This document shows, piece by piece, positions 1 to 9,297 of a stretch of DNA of 32,000 nt. This DNA is from Promethearchaeota archaeon (GTDB lineage Archaea > Asgardarchaeota > Lokiarchaeia > Sigyniarchaeales > SOKP01). The stretch is taken from contig JAUWGH010000003.1 of assembly GCA_030606485.1 (NCBI GenBank), positions 120,001-152,000 of the forward strand. Reading direction: 5' to 3'. Within the stretch, counting starts at the first letter, position 1. Each line of letters starts with the position of its first letter. The translations under genes were made by a program, and so were the position numbers. The notes under the pieces were generated by a model, which saw nothing but the letters and a program-made list of their open reading frames with translations, did not search any database and had not been told where the DNA came from.

Positions 1-15
1 TGGCTTTAATGTAAA

Positions 16-3000
16 ATGCAACAAAACCTTTATATAGAAAAAGTTCGCATATTATATACGACAATAATTATTAAATTTTATTTATTTAATTTCTATTTTA
101 AAAAATCAAGGGCGATTATCATAAAAGGAAAAAACATATTTTTTATATTGATCTTATTAAATTTCACAATAGTACCATATTGTTATAATAAAGGGATAAT
201 TCTTAATCCAAAAGAACAACCTATAGAACAATCAATTGGAAGTTTAATAAAATTAACAAAGAAATTACAGGATAATTCTTTAAATGAAACATCAGATTTA
301 ATTGAAAATCTTGAAATTAAAGCAATTAATAATCAAACAACTCAAAAGGACCATAATTCTAGAGATCCTTCAAGTTTAACACCAAAAAATGCTTATGCTA
401 TTGTTGTGGGGATTGCAGATTATCCCGGATCTAGTAGCGACTTATCTTATACTGATAATGATGCAAACGATGTATATTCTTTATTAATTAATGATTATAA
501 TTTTAAGCCTGAAAATGTGATATATCTCCAAGATTCAAGCGCTGGAAAGAGCGAAATTAGCAATGCATTTGATCAAATCGCTTCTCAAATAAGCGAGGAT
601 GATATTTTTTTCTTCTATTATTCAGGGCATGGGGGACTTGATCTTGAAGAAGAGGGACCTTTTTCATGGGATGCAGAAACCCCTCATTCTTATTCAAATA
701 ATTATGATCATACATGGAGTGTCTCACACCCAGGAGCTATATATATGAGAGTTCATTTTTATCGATTTGACTGTGAATACTATTGGGATTATGCTTTATG
801 TGGTGATTCAGATGTGGCTTCAGGATGGTATTATGAAATGTACTCTGGAGATTATGGATATAATTTTTGGTCGGCGTATATTCCTGTAAATGAATATTAT
901 ATAAGATTTAAATCCGATGATTCAATTACTGATTATGGTTTTAAAATTGATTCATATGAAGCTTTACTTCCTAATGGTACTCATTATTTATGCTCATATG
1001 ACTGTATTCCTGATAATCCAGATAATTATTATTTAGATACATTACTTGACTCAAAATTAGATAATTTTAATTGTGCCGAAAAATATATTGTAATGGATTC
1101 ATGCTTTAGTGGGGGGATGATCCCAGAGGTTGAAGATATCGGAAGGTATATAATGTCAGCATGTGATGATAATGAGTCAAGTTTAGAGTCACCATCTTTG
1201 CAACATGGAGTTTTTAGTTATTATTTCCTTAGATCGTTAGATTATGCAAACGATGCAAATGAAGATGGAGTGAAATCGATGGAAGAATGTTTTTCATATA
1301 CTTATTCAAATACAGTTTCATATTCAGGATCTTTAGGTTATACACATCATCCACAGGAATATGATGGAATAACGGGAGAATCTGTTTTATATCCTTCATT
1401 TGGCTCTGTTTCTTATAATTTATCTGGTAATGAGTTATCATATAATTTTACGATGTACGGGACTGGTTTAATAGAAGAATTGAATGTTGGAATATGTTTC
1501 GTTTCTCAAGAGATTAATTTTGAAATAGATGATTTATTGGAAAATCCAGCTTCAGAGACAGGATTTGGGAATTATTCAGGAATAATCCAATTAGAAGATA
1601 GTGATAATATTACAAGTTATGGTATTGTTGCTGAAATTAGGGGGAATAATTTAATTAAATTAAATGATACTTTGTTTAATGATACAGATTCTGACGGTCT
1701 TGATGATATATTTGAAATTATGAATGGATTAAATCCAATATTAATGGATACAGATATCGATGGATTGAGTGATGGAGAAGAATATTATGGAGATTCTGAC
1801 CCTTTACTACCAGACACTGATTATGATGGATTATTAGATGGGTTAGAATTAAATGTTTATAATACAGATTTTTTAAATCCAGATACAGATGGAGACGGGA
1901 TTTATGATGGGTATGAGGTTAACTGTTATCTAAATCCTTTAATTAACGATTCATACCTTGATTCTGATAATGATGGGTTAAGCAATTTATTAGAATTTCA
2001 ACTTGGGTCTAATGCAAATAATACTGATTCAGATGGTGATGGTATAACTGATGGATATGAGGTTTTTAATAGTTTAGATTTGTTAAATGATGATGCAGAT
2101 CTTGATTTTGATAATGATGGGTTAATTAATATTTTAGAATTTCAAATAGGGTCGAGTGCAAACAATACTGATTCAGATTTTGACCAAATGCCAGATTTTT
2201 GGGAATACAATAATGGTTTAAATTTAATTTATAACGACGCACAAGCTGACCTTGATAATGATGGGTTAAATAACTATTTAGAATTTCAAATAGGGTCGAG
2301 TGCAAACAACACTGATTCAGATTTTGACCAAATGCCAGATTATTGGGAATATAATAATAATTTAAATTTAACTTATAATGATACACAGCTTGATCCTGAC
2401 AATGATGGATTAATTAATATTGATGAATATCTTTACCAAACAGATCCTCAAGATTATGATACAGATGGTGATTTATATTCAGATGGAATTGAAGTCTTGT
2501 GGGGTACAGATCCATTAAACCCACTCTACTCGCTAAATTCAATTTTTTTAAATTTGGCTGGAATAACATTAATGTGTGTTTTGGGATATTATACTTTCAA
2601 TACAGTTATTAAGAAGAATTTGAAAATTATTGAGAAAGAAAAATTAAATAGAAAGTTTAAGATAAATCAAAATACAATTAATTATAATTCTCTAAGAGTG
2701 GAAACTAAAGTTAAGCCAATTCCCGTAATAACATATAAACAAAGACCTCCTTATTCTCAATATGCTATTCCAAGTACGACTTCAGCATACACCCCTAGCA
2801 CCCCTTATGAACGGATATCAAGTTATGGAATACCTTCTAATTTAGAGTTAAATAAAATGAGAATTATTGCAAGGGATTTCATCCAGAATAAATTACCTCC
2901 ACCAAAACCAAGTTTTTCATCTGATGGACAACGAGCTATGCAAATAGCAATGGCATCTCTTAAATTACTTGCAGAGGGGAGAATTGATGAAAGCATTAAA

Positions 3001-3207
3001 TCTATGATTTTAGCTTTACAATTAGGAGTCCCAGAACCCATAAATAGCCAAATAAAAAGAACTTTATTAAATTTATTAGATCAAAATATTGATAATTCAA
3101 CTATAACCTCAATGGATAAAGTAGTATCCCATAAAAAATGTATGTGGTGCGGAACTTTGAATAAATCTACTAATAATTTTTGTATAAAATGTGGGAGGTC
3201 GTTTTAA
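16..3207 (+). CDS. Type I membrane caspase-like (peptidase C14) protein: signal/TM, C14 domain with CUB-like insert, Asp-rich DxDxDG Ca-binding repeats, TM helix, cytoplasmic Pro/Ser/Thr/Tyr-rich region and C-terminal Zn ribbon; true start probably near 121
   Basis: AIVVGIADY..L.YTDNDA, FFFYYSGHG (His codon 628-630) and IVMDSCFSGG (Cys codon 1102-1104); ETPHSY.NN...W...RVHF..F.....D...F.SD.S....GF CUB-like pattern; many D.D.DGL.D..E...G.DP repeats; TM ~2539-2600; CMWC..CIKC at the end. Confidence 0.85.
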   Translation: MQQNLYIEKVRILYTTIIIKFYLFNFYFKKSRAIIIKGKNIFFILILLNFTIVPYCYNKGIILNPKEQPIEQSIGSLIKLTKKLQDNSLNETSDLIENLEIKAINNQTTQKDHNSRDPSSLTPKNAYAIVVGIADYPGSSSDLSYTDNDANDVYSLLINDYNFKPENVIYLQDSSAGKSEISNAFDQIASQISEDDIFFFYYSGHGGLDLEEEGPFSWDAETPHSYSNNYDHTWSVSHPGAIYMRVHFYRFDCEYYWDYALCGDSDVASGWYYEMYSGDYGYNFWSAYIPVNEYYIRFKSDDSITDYGFKIDSYEALLPNGTHYLCSYDCIPDNPDNYYLDTLLDSKLDNFNCAEKYIVMDSCFSGGMIPEVEDIGRYIMSACDDNESSLESPSLQHGVFSYYFLRSLDYANDANEDGVKSMEECFSYTYSNTVSYSGSLGYTHHPQEYDGITGESVLYPSFGSVSYNLSGNELSYNFTMYGTGLIEELNVGICFVSQEINFEIDDLLENPASETGFGNYSGIIQLEDSDNITSYGIVAEIRGNNLIKLNDTLFNDTDSDGLDDIFEIMNGLNPILMDTDIDGLSDGEEYYGDSDPLLPDTDYDGLLDGLELNVYNTDFLNPDTDGDGIYDGYEVNCYLNPLINDSYLDSDNDGLSNLLEFQLGSNANNTDSDGDGITDGYEVFNSLDLLNDDADLDFDNDGLINILEFQIGSSANNTDSDFDQMPDFWEYNNGLNLIYNDAQADLDNDGLNNYLEFQIGSSANNTDSDFDQMPDYWEYNNNLNLTYNDTQLDPDNDGLINIDEYLYQTDPQDYDTDGDLYSDGIEVLWGTDPLNPLYSLNSIFLNLAGITLMCVLGYYTFNTVIKKNLKIIEKEKLNRKFKINQNTINYNSLRVETKVKPIPVITYKQRPPYSQYAIPSTTSAYTPSTPYERISSYGIPSNLELNKMRIIARDFIQNKLPPPKPSFSSDGQRAMQIAMASLKLLAEGRIDESIKSMILALQLGVPEPINSQIKRTLLNLLDQNIDNSTITSMDKVVSHKKCMWCGTLNKSTNNFCIKCGRSF
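1966..2540 (+). repeat. Intragenic tandem repeat, 144-bp (48-aa) period, about 4 units; the two central units are nearly identical
   Basis: gataatgatggg recurs at 1966, 2110 and 2254, and gacaatgatgga at 2398; unit DNDGL.N.LEFQIGSSANNTDSDFDQMPD.WEYNN.LNL.YND. Confidence 0.9.
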
Positions 3208-3267
3208 ATTACGGAATTAACAAGTAGTGAAGATAGTAAAAAAAAAATTAACCTTAATAAAAATTTA

Positions 3268-4212
3268 ATGGAATTTTATGATGTTAAAGAGATATACTTT
3301 CCTAACGTATGTATCATCTGCGGTCAGACAACTAATAACACAATTAGAAGAACTAAACTCGGGTCTTATTCTTATATGACGAATTCGAAAAATGATTATC
3401 AATTCACCTTACCAATATGTGAAAAGTGTAATAATTATCTTAAAATTAAAACAGGAGTTTTTGGTAAAGAAGGCTTCAAAGTCTTATTTTTTTCAATTTT
3501 AGGCTTAATTACATCAATATTGGTAGGATATTTTACATTTTCAATTTTTATCGGTATAGCAATATTTTCACTGTTTTTTATATTTCCATATTTAAATTAT
3601 AGGGCTAAAACACAAAAAAAAATTAGATTAGATCAATTTTTAAAAATTAACATAAAAAAGGACCTTAGAAATACAATACAAATGACATTTGTGAATCAAA
3701 ATTATGCTGATTACATCAATGAGATCAATTTAAAAAAGTATAGGGATATAGATAAATCTAAAGAACTAATAAAATCAACTGCACTTGCACTTGAAACAAA
3801 ATTATCAGATTTTGAAATAAAAGATCATGAAAAATCAACAGATCATAAACTAATTGAGAAAGAGAAAGCCATTGAAATTCAAAATGAGAAACGTGTACAG
3901 GATGAGAGTATATTTGAATTAACATTACCTAAAGAAGAACAAATAATACAAGAGAAAAATTCTGAACAGAATAATTTATCTAATAATGAAAAGATCAAAA
4001 AACAAGTGGATTTACTAGAAAAACCTGTTGAAAAGACTGAATATTCAAGTGAAGACGTTTTGGATCAAAAGATTGAAAAAGAAAAGATGATTTTAACAGA
4101 AATTCCCAAAGACGATGTATTCAAATTAGAAGTCCCAAAAAAAATTGAAGATGAGGGCAAAAAAGATAATAATAATTTAGACGTCAATGAAGAATCTGAA
4201 AAAAAAAAGTAA
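3268..4212 (+). CDS. Hypothetical membrane protein: N-terminal CxxC...CxxC Zn-binding motif, 2 TM helices, long Glu/Lys-rich tail
   Basis: CIICG and CEKC motifs; hydrophobic VLFFSILGLITSILVGYFTFSIFIGIAIFSLFFIFPYL; charged C-terminal half. Confidence 0.75.
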   Translation: MEFYDVKEIYFPNVCIICGQTTNNTIRRTKLGSYSYMTNSKNDYQFTLPICEKCNNYLKIKTGVFGKEGFKVLFFSILGLITSILVGYFTFSIFIGIAIFSLFFIFPYLNYRAKTQKKIRLDQFLKINIKKDLRNTIQMTFVNQNYADYINEINLKKYRDIDKSKELIKSTALALETKLSDFEIKDHEKSTDHKLIEKEKAIEIQNEKRVQDESIFELTLPKEEQIIQEKNSEQNNLSNNEKIKKQVDLLEKPVEKTEYSSEDVLDQKIEKEKMILTEIPKDDVFKLEVPKKIEDEGKKDNNNLDVNEESEKKK

Positions 4213-4335
4213 ATAAAGCAAGATACTTATTAAATTGATGAAATTTCGGAATTTTGAACTAAAATAGTTAAAATTAATTGTCTTTTTTCTTAAAAGACGT
4301 AATCATTAAATATGTGATTATTCTAGAAACTATTT

Positions 4336-4767
4336 ATGAAACTTATAAGTAATGATTTTAAACACAATGAAATGATGGATAGTAAATTTACTTGTGATGG
4401 AGGAGATATATCCCCACATTTAAAGTGGGATGATGTTCCTGATGATACTAAAAGTTTTGCAATTTCTTGTAATGATCCCGATGCACCAATTGGAGATTGG
4501 ATACACTGGTATATTCACGATATCCCCATAGAGATAAATGAAATTCAGCAAGGAGGTCAAATACCGGGAATAGAAGTTAAGAATGATTTTGGAAAAACTT
4601 CATATGGTGGACCTTGCCCTCCAAGTGGAACCCATAGATATTTTTTTAGAGTTTACGCTATTAATGTAGAAAAATTGGAAGGTGTTAAGAAAAAAAATTT
4701 TAGAGAAAAAATAAAAGAACATATTATTGAATATGCAGAGCTTATTGGACTATATAAAAGAAGATGA
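4336..4767 (+). CDS. YbhB/YbcL family PEBP (Raf kinase inhibitor-like) protein
   Basis: DGGDISPHLKW, DPDAP...W.HW, NDFG..SYGGPCPP.GTHRYFF motifs. Confidence 0.92.
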   Translation: MKLISNDFKHNEMMDSKFTCDGGDISPHLKWDDVPDDTKSFAISCNDPDAPIGDWIHWYIHDIPIEINEIQQGGQIPGIEVKNDFGKTSYGGPCPPSGTHRYFFRVYAINVEKLEGVKKKNFREKIKEHIIEYAELIGLYKRR

Positions 4768-4819
4768 TTGAAAGAATAATTTATTATTTTTACATACTTT
4801 TTTTAAATAGATAACTTTT

Positions 4820-5455
4820 ATGGTAAAAAAAGATCGTCCTAAATTTCCAGATTCCTATATAGGGAAACAAGCAAAAGAGTATGACACATCTAATTGGATG
4901 GAGAGAAATCAAAAAAACACTACGGCTAGATGTGTAGAGCTTTTATTTGATTCTAACTTAGGTCCGTTCCCAGAATTTGATAATAGTGAATTGTTGGTAT
5001 TAGATTTAGGATGTGGAACTGGGTTTTCAACAGAGATTCTACTTGAAGAACGATTTAATGTTATTAGTATTGATATTCTATCGGATATGATATATTTATT
5101 TCGTGAAAAAAATATTGATACTTTTAACTTGGTCTTGGCTGATATTCGTAATTTACCGATAAGAGAAAATAAAATTGATCATATTATTTCTGTCTCTTCT
5201 TTTAACTTTATTTATGAAGATATTTTAGATAATAATGAAAAAAATAAGATTTTACAGCAAACTGTTGAAATTTTTAAAGAAGTTTTAAATAATAATGGGA
5301 GAGTAATTTTAGAATTTTATCCCGAAACAGAAGTTGATACTAAATTACTTATGAGATATTTCAAATCAGCAGGTTTTAATGGCTTTTTAGTTCAAGACAA
5401 TCCAGGTTTACGTAAAGAACAGAATTTTTTAATTTTAAAGAAAGAGGAAAATTAA
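4820..5455 (+). CDS. Class I SAM-dependent methyltransferase, Bud23/WBSCR22-like
   Basis: LDLGCGTGFS motif I, plus RP..P..Y...A..Y, Q...T.R..ELL, ISVSS, EFYP and AGF.G.LV.D.P...K segments that follow yeast Bud23 as recalled. Confidence 0.8.
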   Translation: MVKKDRPKFPDSYIGKQAKEYDTSNWMERNQKNTTARCVELLFDSNLGPFPEFDNSELLVLDLGCGTGFSTEILLEERFNVISIDILSDMIYLFREKNIDTFNLVLADIRNLPIRENKIDHIISVSSFNFIYEDILDNNEKNKILQQTVEIFKEVLNNNGRVILEFYPETEVDTKLLMRYFKSAGFNGFLVQDNPGLRKEQNFLILKKEEN

Positions 5456-5481
5456 TTAAAAATAAATGGAGTAAGAATCTT

Positions 5482-6618
5482 TTGGGAACATGTAAATTTT
5501 GTGGAAAAACGGGTACGCTGATATCAGAGGTATTACAAATATGCAGAGATTGTATTTTAAATAAAGATAGAAAAAAAGTAGAAGAGCATGTATTACATAT
5601 ACATAAACAAATTAGAAGAACAGAGGGCTTACCTGAAATAGCTCCAAATATTGATGATTCTAAAAAAAGATTTTCTTGTAATTTATGCATAAATGAATGT
5701 TCATTAGAGGAAGGGGATATTAGTTATTGTGGTTTGAGAATGATTAATATAGATAAATCTAAAGAGATTCCTATGCCTTCAAGAGCCTTATCATATATGC
5801 ATGGGTATTTAGATATGAATCCAACCAATTGTTGTAATGCATGGTTTTGTCCTGCGGGAACGGCTTATGGCTATCCGAAATATTCAAATTTTCCTGGTCC
5901 AGAGATTGGAACATATAGTTATGCTGCGTTTATGTATGGATGCTCTTTCGATTGCTTATTTTGTCAAAATGCGTCTCATAAACACTTTTCTAAAGACAAC
6001 ATTAAAAGAATTGATGATTATGTGAATGAATTCATTAAAAATAAAAAAATTACATGTGTATGCTACTTTGGAGGGACTCCAGAATGCCAATTTCTATTTA
6101 CAATTGCTGCCTCAGAAAAAATTTTAAAAAGACTACAACAAACAGATCCCAAACGAAAAATGCGTATATGCTGGGAATGGAATGGGAGTGGAAATAAAAA
6201 ACAGGTTGAGAAATGCATGCAAATTGCACTTAAAAGTGGTGGGAATATAAAATTTGATTTAAAGAGTTATCATGAAATTTTAAATCTAGCACTTTGTGGC
6301 GTATCCAATAAACGCACTTATGAAAATTTCAAATTCTTGGCAGAAAAATACTTTGGAACTCGTCCAAATGTTCCAGAAATGAGCGGATGCACATTATTAG
6401 TACCAGGTTATACGACGGTCGAGGAAGTGGAAAAAATTGCAGAATTTATAGCATCGATAAATAAAGAGATTCCCTATAGTTTATTAGTTTTTCATCCGGA
6501 TTATATGATGAGAGATTTACCCATAACCCCAAAAGAGCAAGCACTCGAATGTTTAGAAATCGCCCAAAAAAATTTAAATAATGTTCATTTAGGAAATCAA
6601 TTTCTTTTAAGATTTTAA
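5482..6618 (+). CDS. Radical SAM protein (PflA/AmmeMemoRadiSam-like) with N-terminal Cys motifs
   Basis: CSFDCLFCQN (CxxxCxxC); YFGGTP; DLKS; TLLVPGY; FHPDY; CKFC..CRDC and CNLC..C at the N-terminus; TTG start. Confidence 0.9.
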   Translation: MGTCKFCGKTGTLISEVLQICRDCILNKDRKKVEEHVLHIHKQIRRTEGLPEIAPNIDDSKKRFSCNLCINECSLEEGDISYCGLRMINIDKSKEIPMPSRALSYMHGYLDMNPTNCCNAWFCPAGTAYGYPKYSNFPGPEIGTYSYAAFMYGCSFDCLFCQNASHKHFSKDNIKRIDDYVNEFIKNKKITCVCYFGGTPECQFLFTIAASEKILKRLQQTDPKRKMRICWEWNGSGNKKQVEKCMQIALKSGGNIKFDLKSYHEILNLALCGVSNKRTYENFKFLAEKYFGTRPNVPEMSGCTLLVPGYTTVEEVEKIAEFIASINKEIPYSLLVFHPDYMMRDLPITPKEQALECLEIAQKNLNNVHLGNQFLLRF

Positions 6619-6722
6619 AAAACTACGAATATCCTTTACTGAACTATTTAATATGAAATCAAACAATATGATATTAAAATAATCTAAAAAAGGAGAAATC
6701 TAATAAAAGAACATTTGGAGAA

Positions 6723-7529
6723 GTGTTTAATTTGCCTAAAGTAAAAGTCAATGATATAAATATGTATTATGAAATTCACGGAGAAGGTTTTCCTCTCGTG
6801 ATGATAATGGGATTATCTCTTAGTCTTGAAGAGTGGGATGTCCCGTTCATAAATGAGTTATCAAAAAAATTTAAAACCATAATCTTCGATAACAGAGGAG
6901 CAGGGCGAACTGATAAACCTAATGTTGAATATTCAATAAAAATGTTTGCTGTTGATACAATTGGCTTGATGAATGCTTTAAACATTCAAAGGGCACATCT
7001 GCTCGGAGTTTCCATGGGAGGAATGATTGCTCAGGAACTTGTTCTTAATTATCCTGAAAGGGTTGAAAAACTCATTCTTTGGGGGACAAATTGTGGGGGA
7101 ACGAAATCAATACCACCATCACTAGTAGCATTTCGATTACTATTAGGTGCAATTGAAGGGTTGACTCCTGAGAAGATTACCAAAGCCTCCATCCCACTGA
7201 TATTAACCAAGGAGTTCAGGAAAAATAATCCAGATTATGTTGAAGATAAAATTCGAAGATTCCTCAAATTTCCAATCCCATTAAACATCTATAACCGACA
7301 ACTTAGGGCGATAATGAACTTTAATACATATAGAAGAATCAAGAACATTAACACTCCTACTTTAATAATGCAAGGAAAAAAAGATATTCTCAATCCGTAT
7401 CAAAACGCAAAAATATTAGCTGAGAAAATACCTGGAGCAAATGTTTCCTTATTCGATAATAGCGGTCATGCAATATACCCCCACGAACCAGAAAAATTTA
7501 TTAAAACTATTCTTGATTTTCTCAAATGA
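6723..7529 (+). CDS. Alpha/beta hydrolase (enol-lactonase/MenH-like fold)
   Basis: FDNRGAG, nucleophile elbow GVSMGG, QGKKD (Asp), SGH (His). Confidence 0.92.
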   Translation: MFNLPKVKVNDINMYYEIHGEGFPLVMIMGLSLSLEEWDVPFINELSKKFKTIIFDNRGAGRTDKPNVEYSIKMFAVDTIGLMNALNIQRAHLLGVSMGGMIAQELVLNYPERVEKLILWGTNCGGTKSIPPSLVAFRLLLGAIEGLTPEKITKASIPLILTKEFRKNNPDYVEDKIRRFLKFPIPLNIYNRQLRAIMNFNTYRRIKNINTPTLIMQGKKDILNPYQNAKILAEKIPGANVSLFDNSGHAIYPHEPEKFIKTILDFLK

Positions 7530-7785
7530 TTTTCCATTTTTTATATTTATTCTAATTAATTTTCTCAGTTTTTCTTATTCTCTTTTTTTTTATTTATAAA
7601 TAATTTTAATTTATTTAAGTTCAAATTGTTTTTAGAAGAGAAATCAAAATTAATTCAAGTTAGAATGAATCAAAAATTCCAATTTCTTAAATGTTGTAAA
7701 ACTAGGATGCATGAAGAAAGATAAAATTTAATTAAAAATAATTATTAGAATATTTACAAATTAATTTGTAATTTTGGGATTAAGT

Positions 7786-8091
7786 TTGCAAAAAGCAAGG
7801 ATACGTTTGTCTTCTAATGACTTGGATGATTTAAAAAATGTCTGTCAACAAATAGAGGAAGTCTGTAAGCAAACTGGAATAAAAAAGTTTGGTCCAATTC
7901 CTCTACCTACTAAAAGGCTCGTTGTCCCCGTTCGGAAGAGTCCTTGCGGTGAGGGTACAAATACTTGGGCAAAATATGAGATGCGTCTACATAAGAGATT
8001 AATAGATATCATCGCAGGAGAGCGTTCAATGCATTTAATTATGAAGATTCAGATTCCCGAGACTGTTTTAGTGGAAATAGAACTGATGTAA
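7786..8091 (+). CDS. rps10: 30S ribosomal protein uS10 (likely TTG start at 7786; ORF track start 7774)
   Basis: QKARIRL, GPIPLPTKRL..PVRKSPCGEG..TW..YEMR.HKRLIDI signature. Confidence 0.97.
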   Translation: MQKARIRLSSNDLDDLKNVCQQIEEVCKQTGIKKFGPIPLPTKRLVVPVRKSPCGEGTNTWAKYEMRLHKRLIDIIAGERSMHLIMKIQIPETVLVEIELM

Positions 8092-8219
8092 AATTATATT
8101 AAGATATAAGAAATTTATTTTTCGGCTTATTGGGTATCATTTTTTGATTTTTTATTGAAAGATTATTTTGAAAAATGAGTAAATTTTTTTATTATAATGA
8201 TTTAATTGAGAGAGAAATT

Positions 8220-9065
8220 ATGTCTATTGAATGGATTGATATTTTAAAAAAGGCAGTAAAATTTGCATATGATAAGGTGCATACTCTTTTAGGAACACTG
8301 GAAGGGGCAGAGATTACTGATGAAAAGGGAGCGGGTGGTGATATTACCACTAAGATAGATTCAATTGCAGAGCAAGCCTTAATAGAGATGATTAAAAAAC
8401 AGAATATAGATTTTCATTTAGTAAGTGAAGAAATTGGTGAAAAATATTATGGAGATAAAAAGAACTATGATAAGTGTAAGGATTATATTATTATGGATCC
8501 TATTGATGGATCTTTAAATGCAAACCGGGGAATCTCATTTTGTTGTATTTCAGTGGCTCATGCGAACGGACCAAACTCTCGAAATATAATAGAAGGAGTA
8601 ATTCTTAATTTATACACTGAAGCCATCTACTGGGCGATTAAAGGAAAAGGAGCTTATCTCAATAATAAACAAATCTCTGTTTCTAAACTCGATGATATAG
8701 ATAGAGCTGTGGCTGGAGTAGCATTAAATTCTTCCGAGCCATTTTCAAGGGCTGTACAGAGGTATAAACCCATTATCGACGAAGTGTATAAAGTTCGTAC
8801 GATGGGATCTGTCGCCTTAGAATTATGCCAAGTTGCAGAGGGGGCACTTGATTTGTTTTTAGATGTAAGAGGAACTCTAAGAATATTAGATTGTGCTGCA
8901 GGTATTTTAATTGTTCAAGAAGCAGGGGGAACAATTCTCTCAAATGAGGGATTACTCCTGGAATTACCTCTTAAAATTGAATCGAAATGCTCGATTATTG
9001 CATCTAACCAAAATTTGGCAAAATACATTAAAAAAAATTTGTCTAAATTAAATAAATTATTGTAG
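8220..9065 (+). CDS. suhB: Inositol monophosphatase / FBPase-family phosphatase (likely ATG at 8220; ORF track start 8175)
   Basis: GDITTKID, SEE, DPIDGS, R..GS.ALELC.VAEG, D.AAG motifs. Confidence 0.9.
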   Translation: MSIEWIDILKKAVKFAYDKVHTLLGTLEGAEITDEKGAGGDITTKIDSIAEQALIEMIKKQNIDFHLVSEEIGEKYYGDKKNYDKCKDYIIMDPIDGSLNANRGISFCCISVAHANGPNSRNIIEGVILNLYTEAIYWAIKGKGAYLNNKQISVSKLDDIDRAVAGVALNSSEPFSRAVQRYKPIIDEVYKVRTMGSVALELCQVAEGALDLFLDVRGTLRILDCAAGILIVQEAGGTILSNEGLLLELPLKIESKCSIIASNQNLAKYIKKNLSKLNKLL

Positions 9066-9133
9066 GTTAACATATTTTTAAAATGAACTTAAAATTATCA
9101 AAAATGAGAATAAGTTAGTTAATTTACGTAATA

Positions 9134-9274
9134 TTAACTTGGAATTGAAATAATAGCGATATATATACCTACAATAACAGCGATAAAAAAAATCATTATA
9201 AGGAAAAAACTTAACCATTGCCTTTTTTTTTCTTTTTTCCGAATAATTCTTGCTTTTCGCCTTCTATAGGTCAT
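9134..9274 (-). CDS. Small 46-aa polybasic, C-terminally anchored membrane protein (not in ORF track): MTYRRRKARIIRKKEKKRQWLSFFLIMIFFIAVIVGIYIAIISIPS
   Basis: Hand translation from ATG 9274 to TAA 9136-9134; 23 bp after the gelsolin stop on the same strand; GGAG upstream; clean basic-then-hydrophobic layout. Confidence 0.65.
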   Translation of the reverse strand: MTYRRRKARIIRKKEKKRQWLSFFLIMIFFIAVIVGIYIAIISIPS

Positions 9275-9297
9275 ATTATTATTAAAGACTCCAAAAT

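Noticed and set aside
1966-2540. Possible CRISPR array
   Set aside because: Repeats are in-frame 144-bp coding units without unique spacers; no cas genes in the window
7665-7724. 19-aa ORF MNQKFQFLKCCKTRMHEER upstream of rps10
   Set aside because: No ribosome-binding motif or recognisable feature; expected by chance
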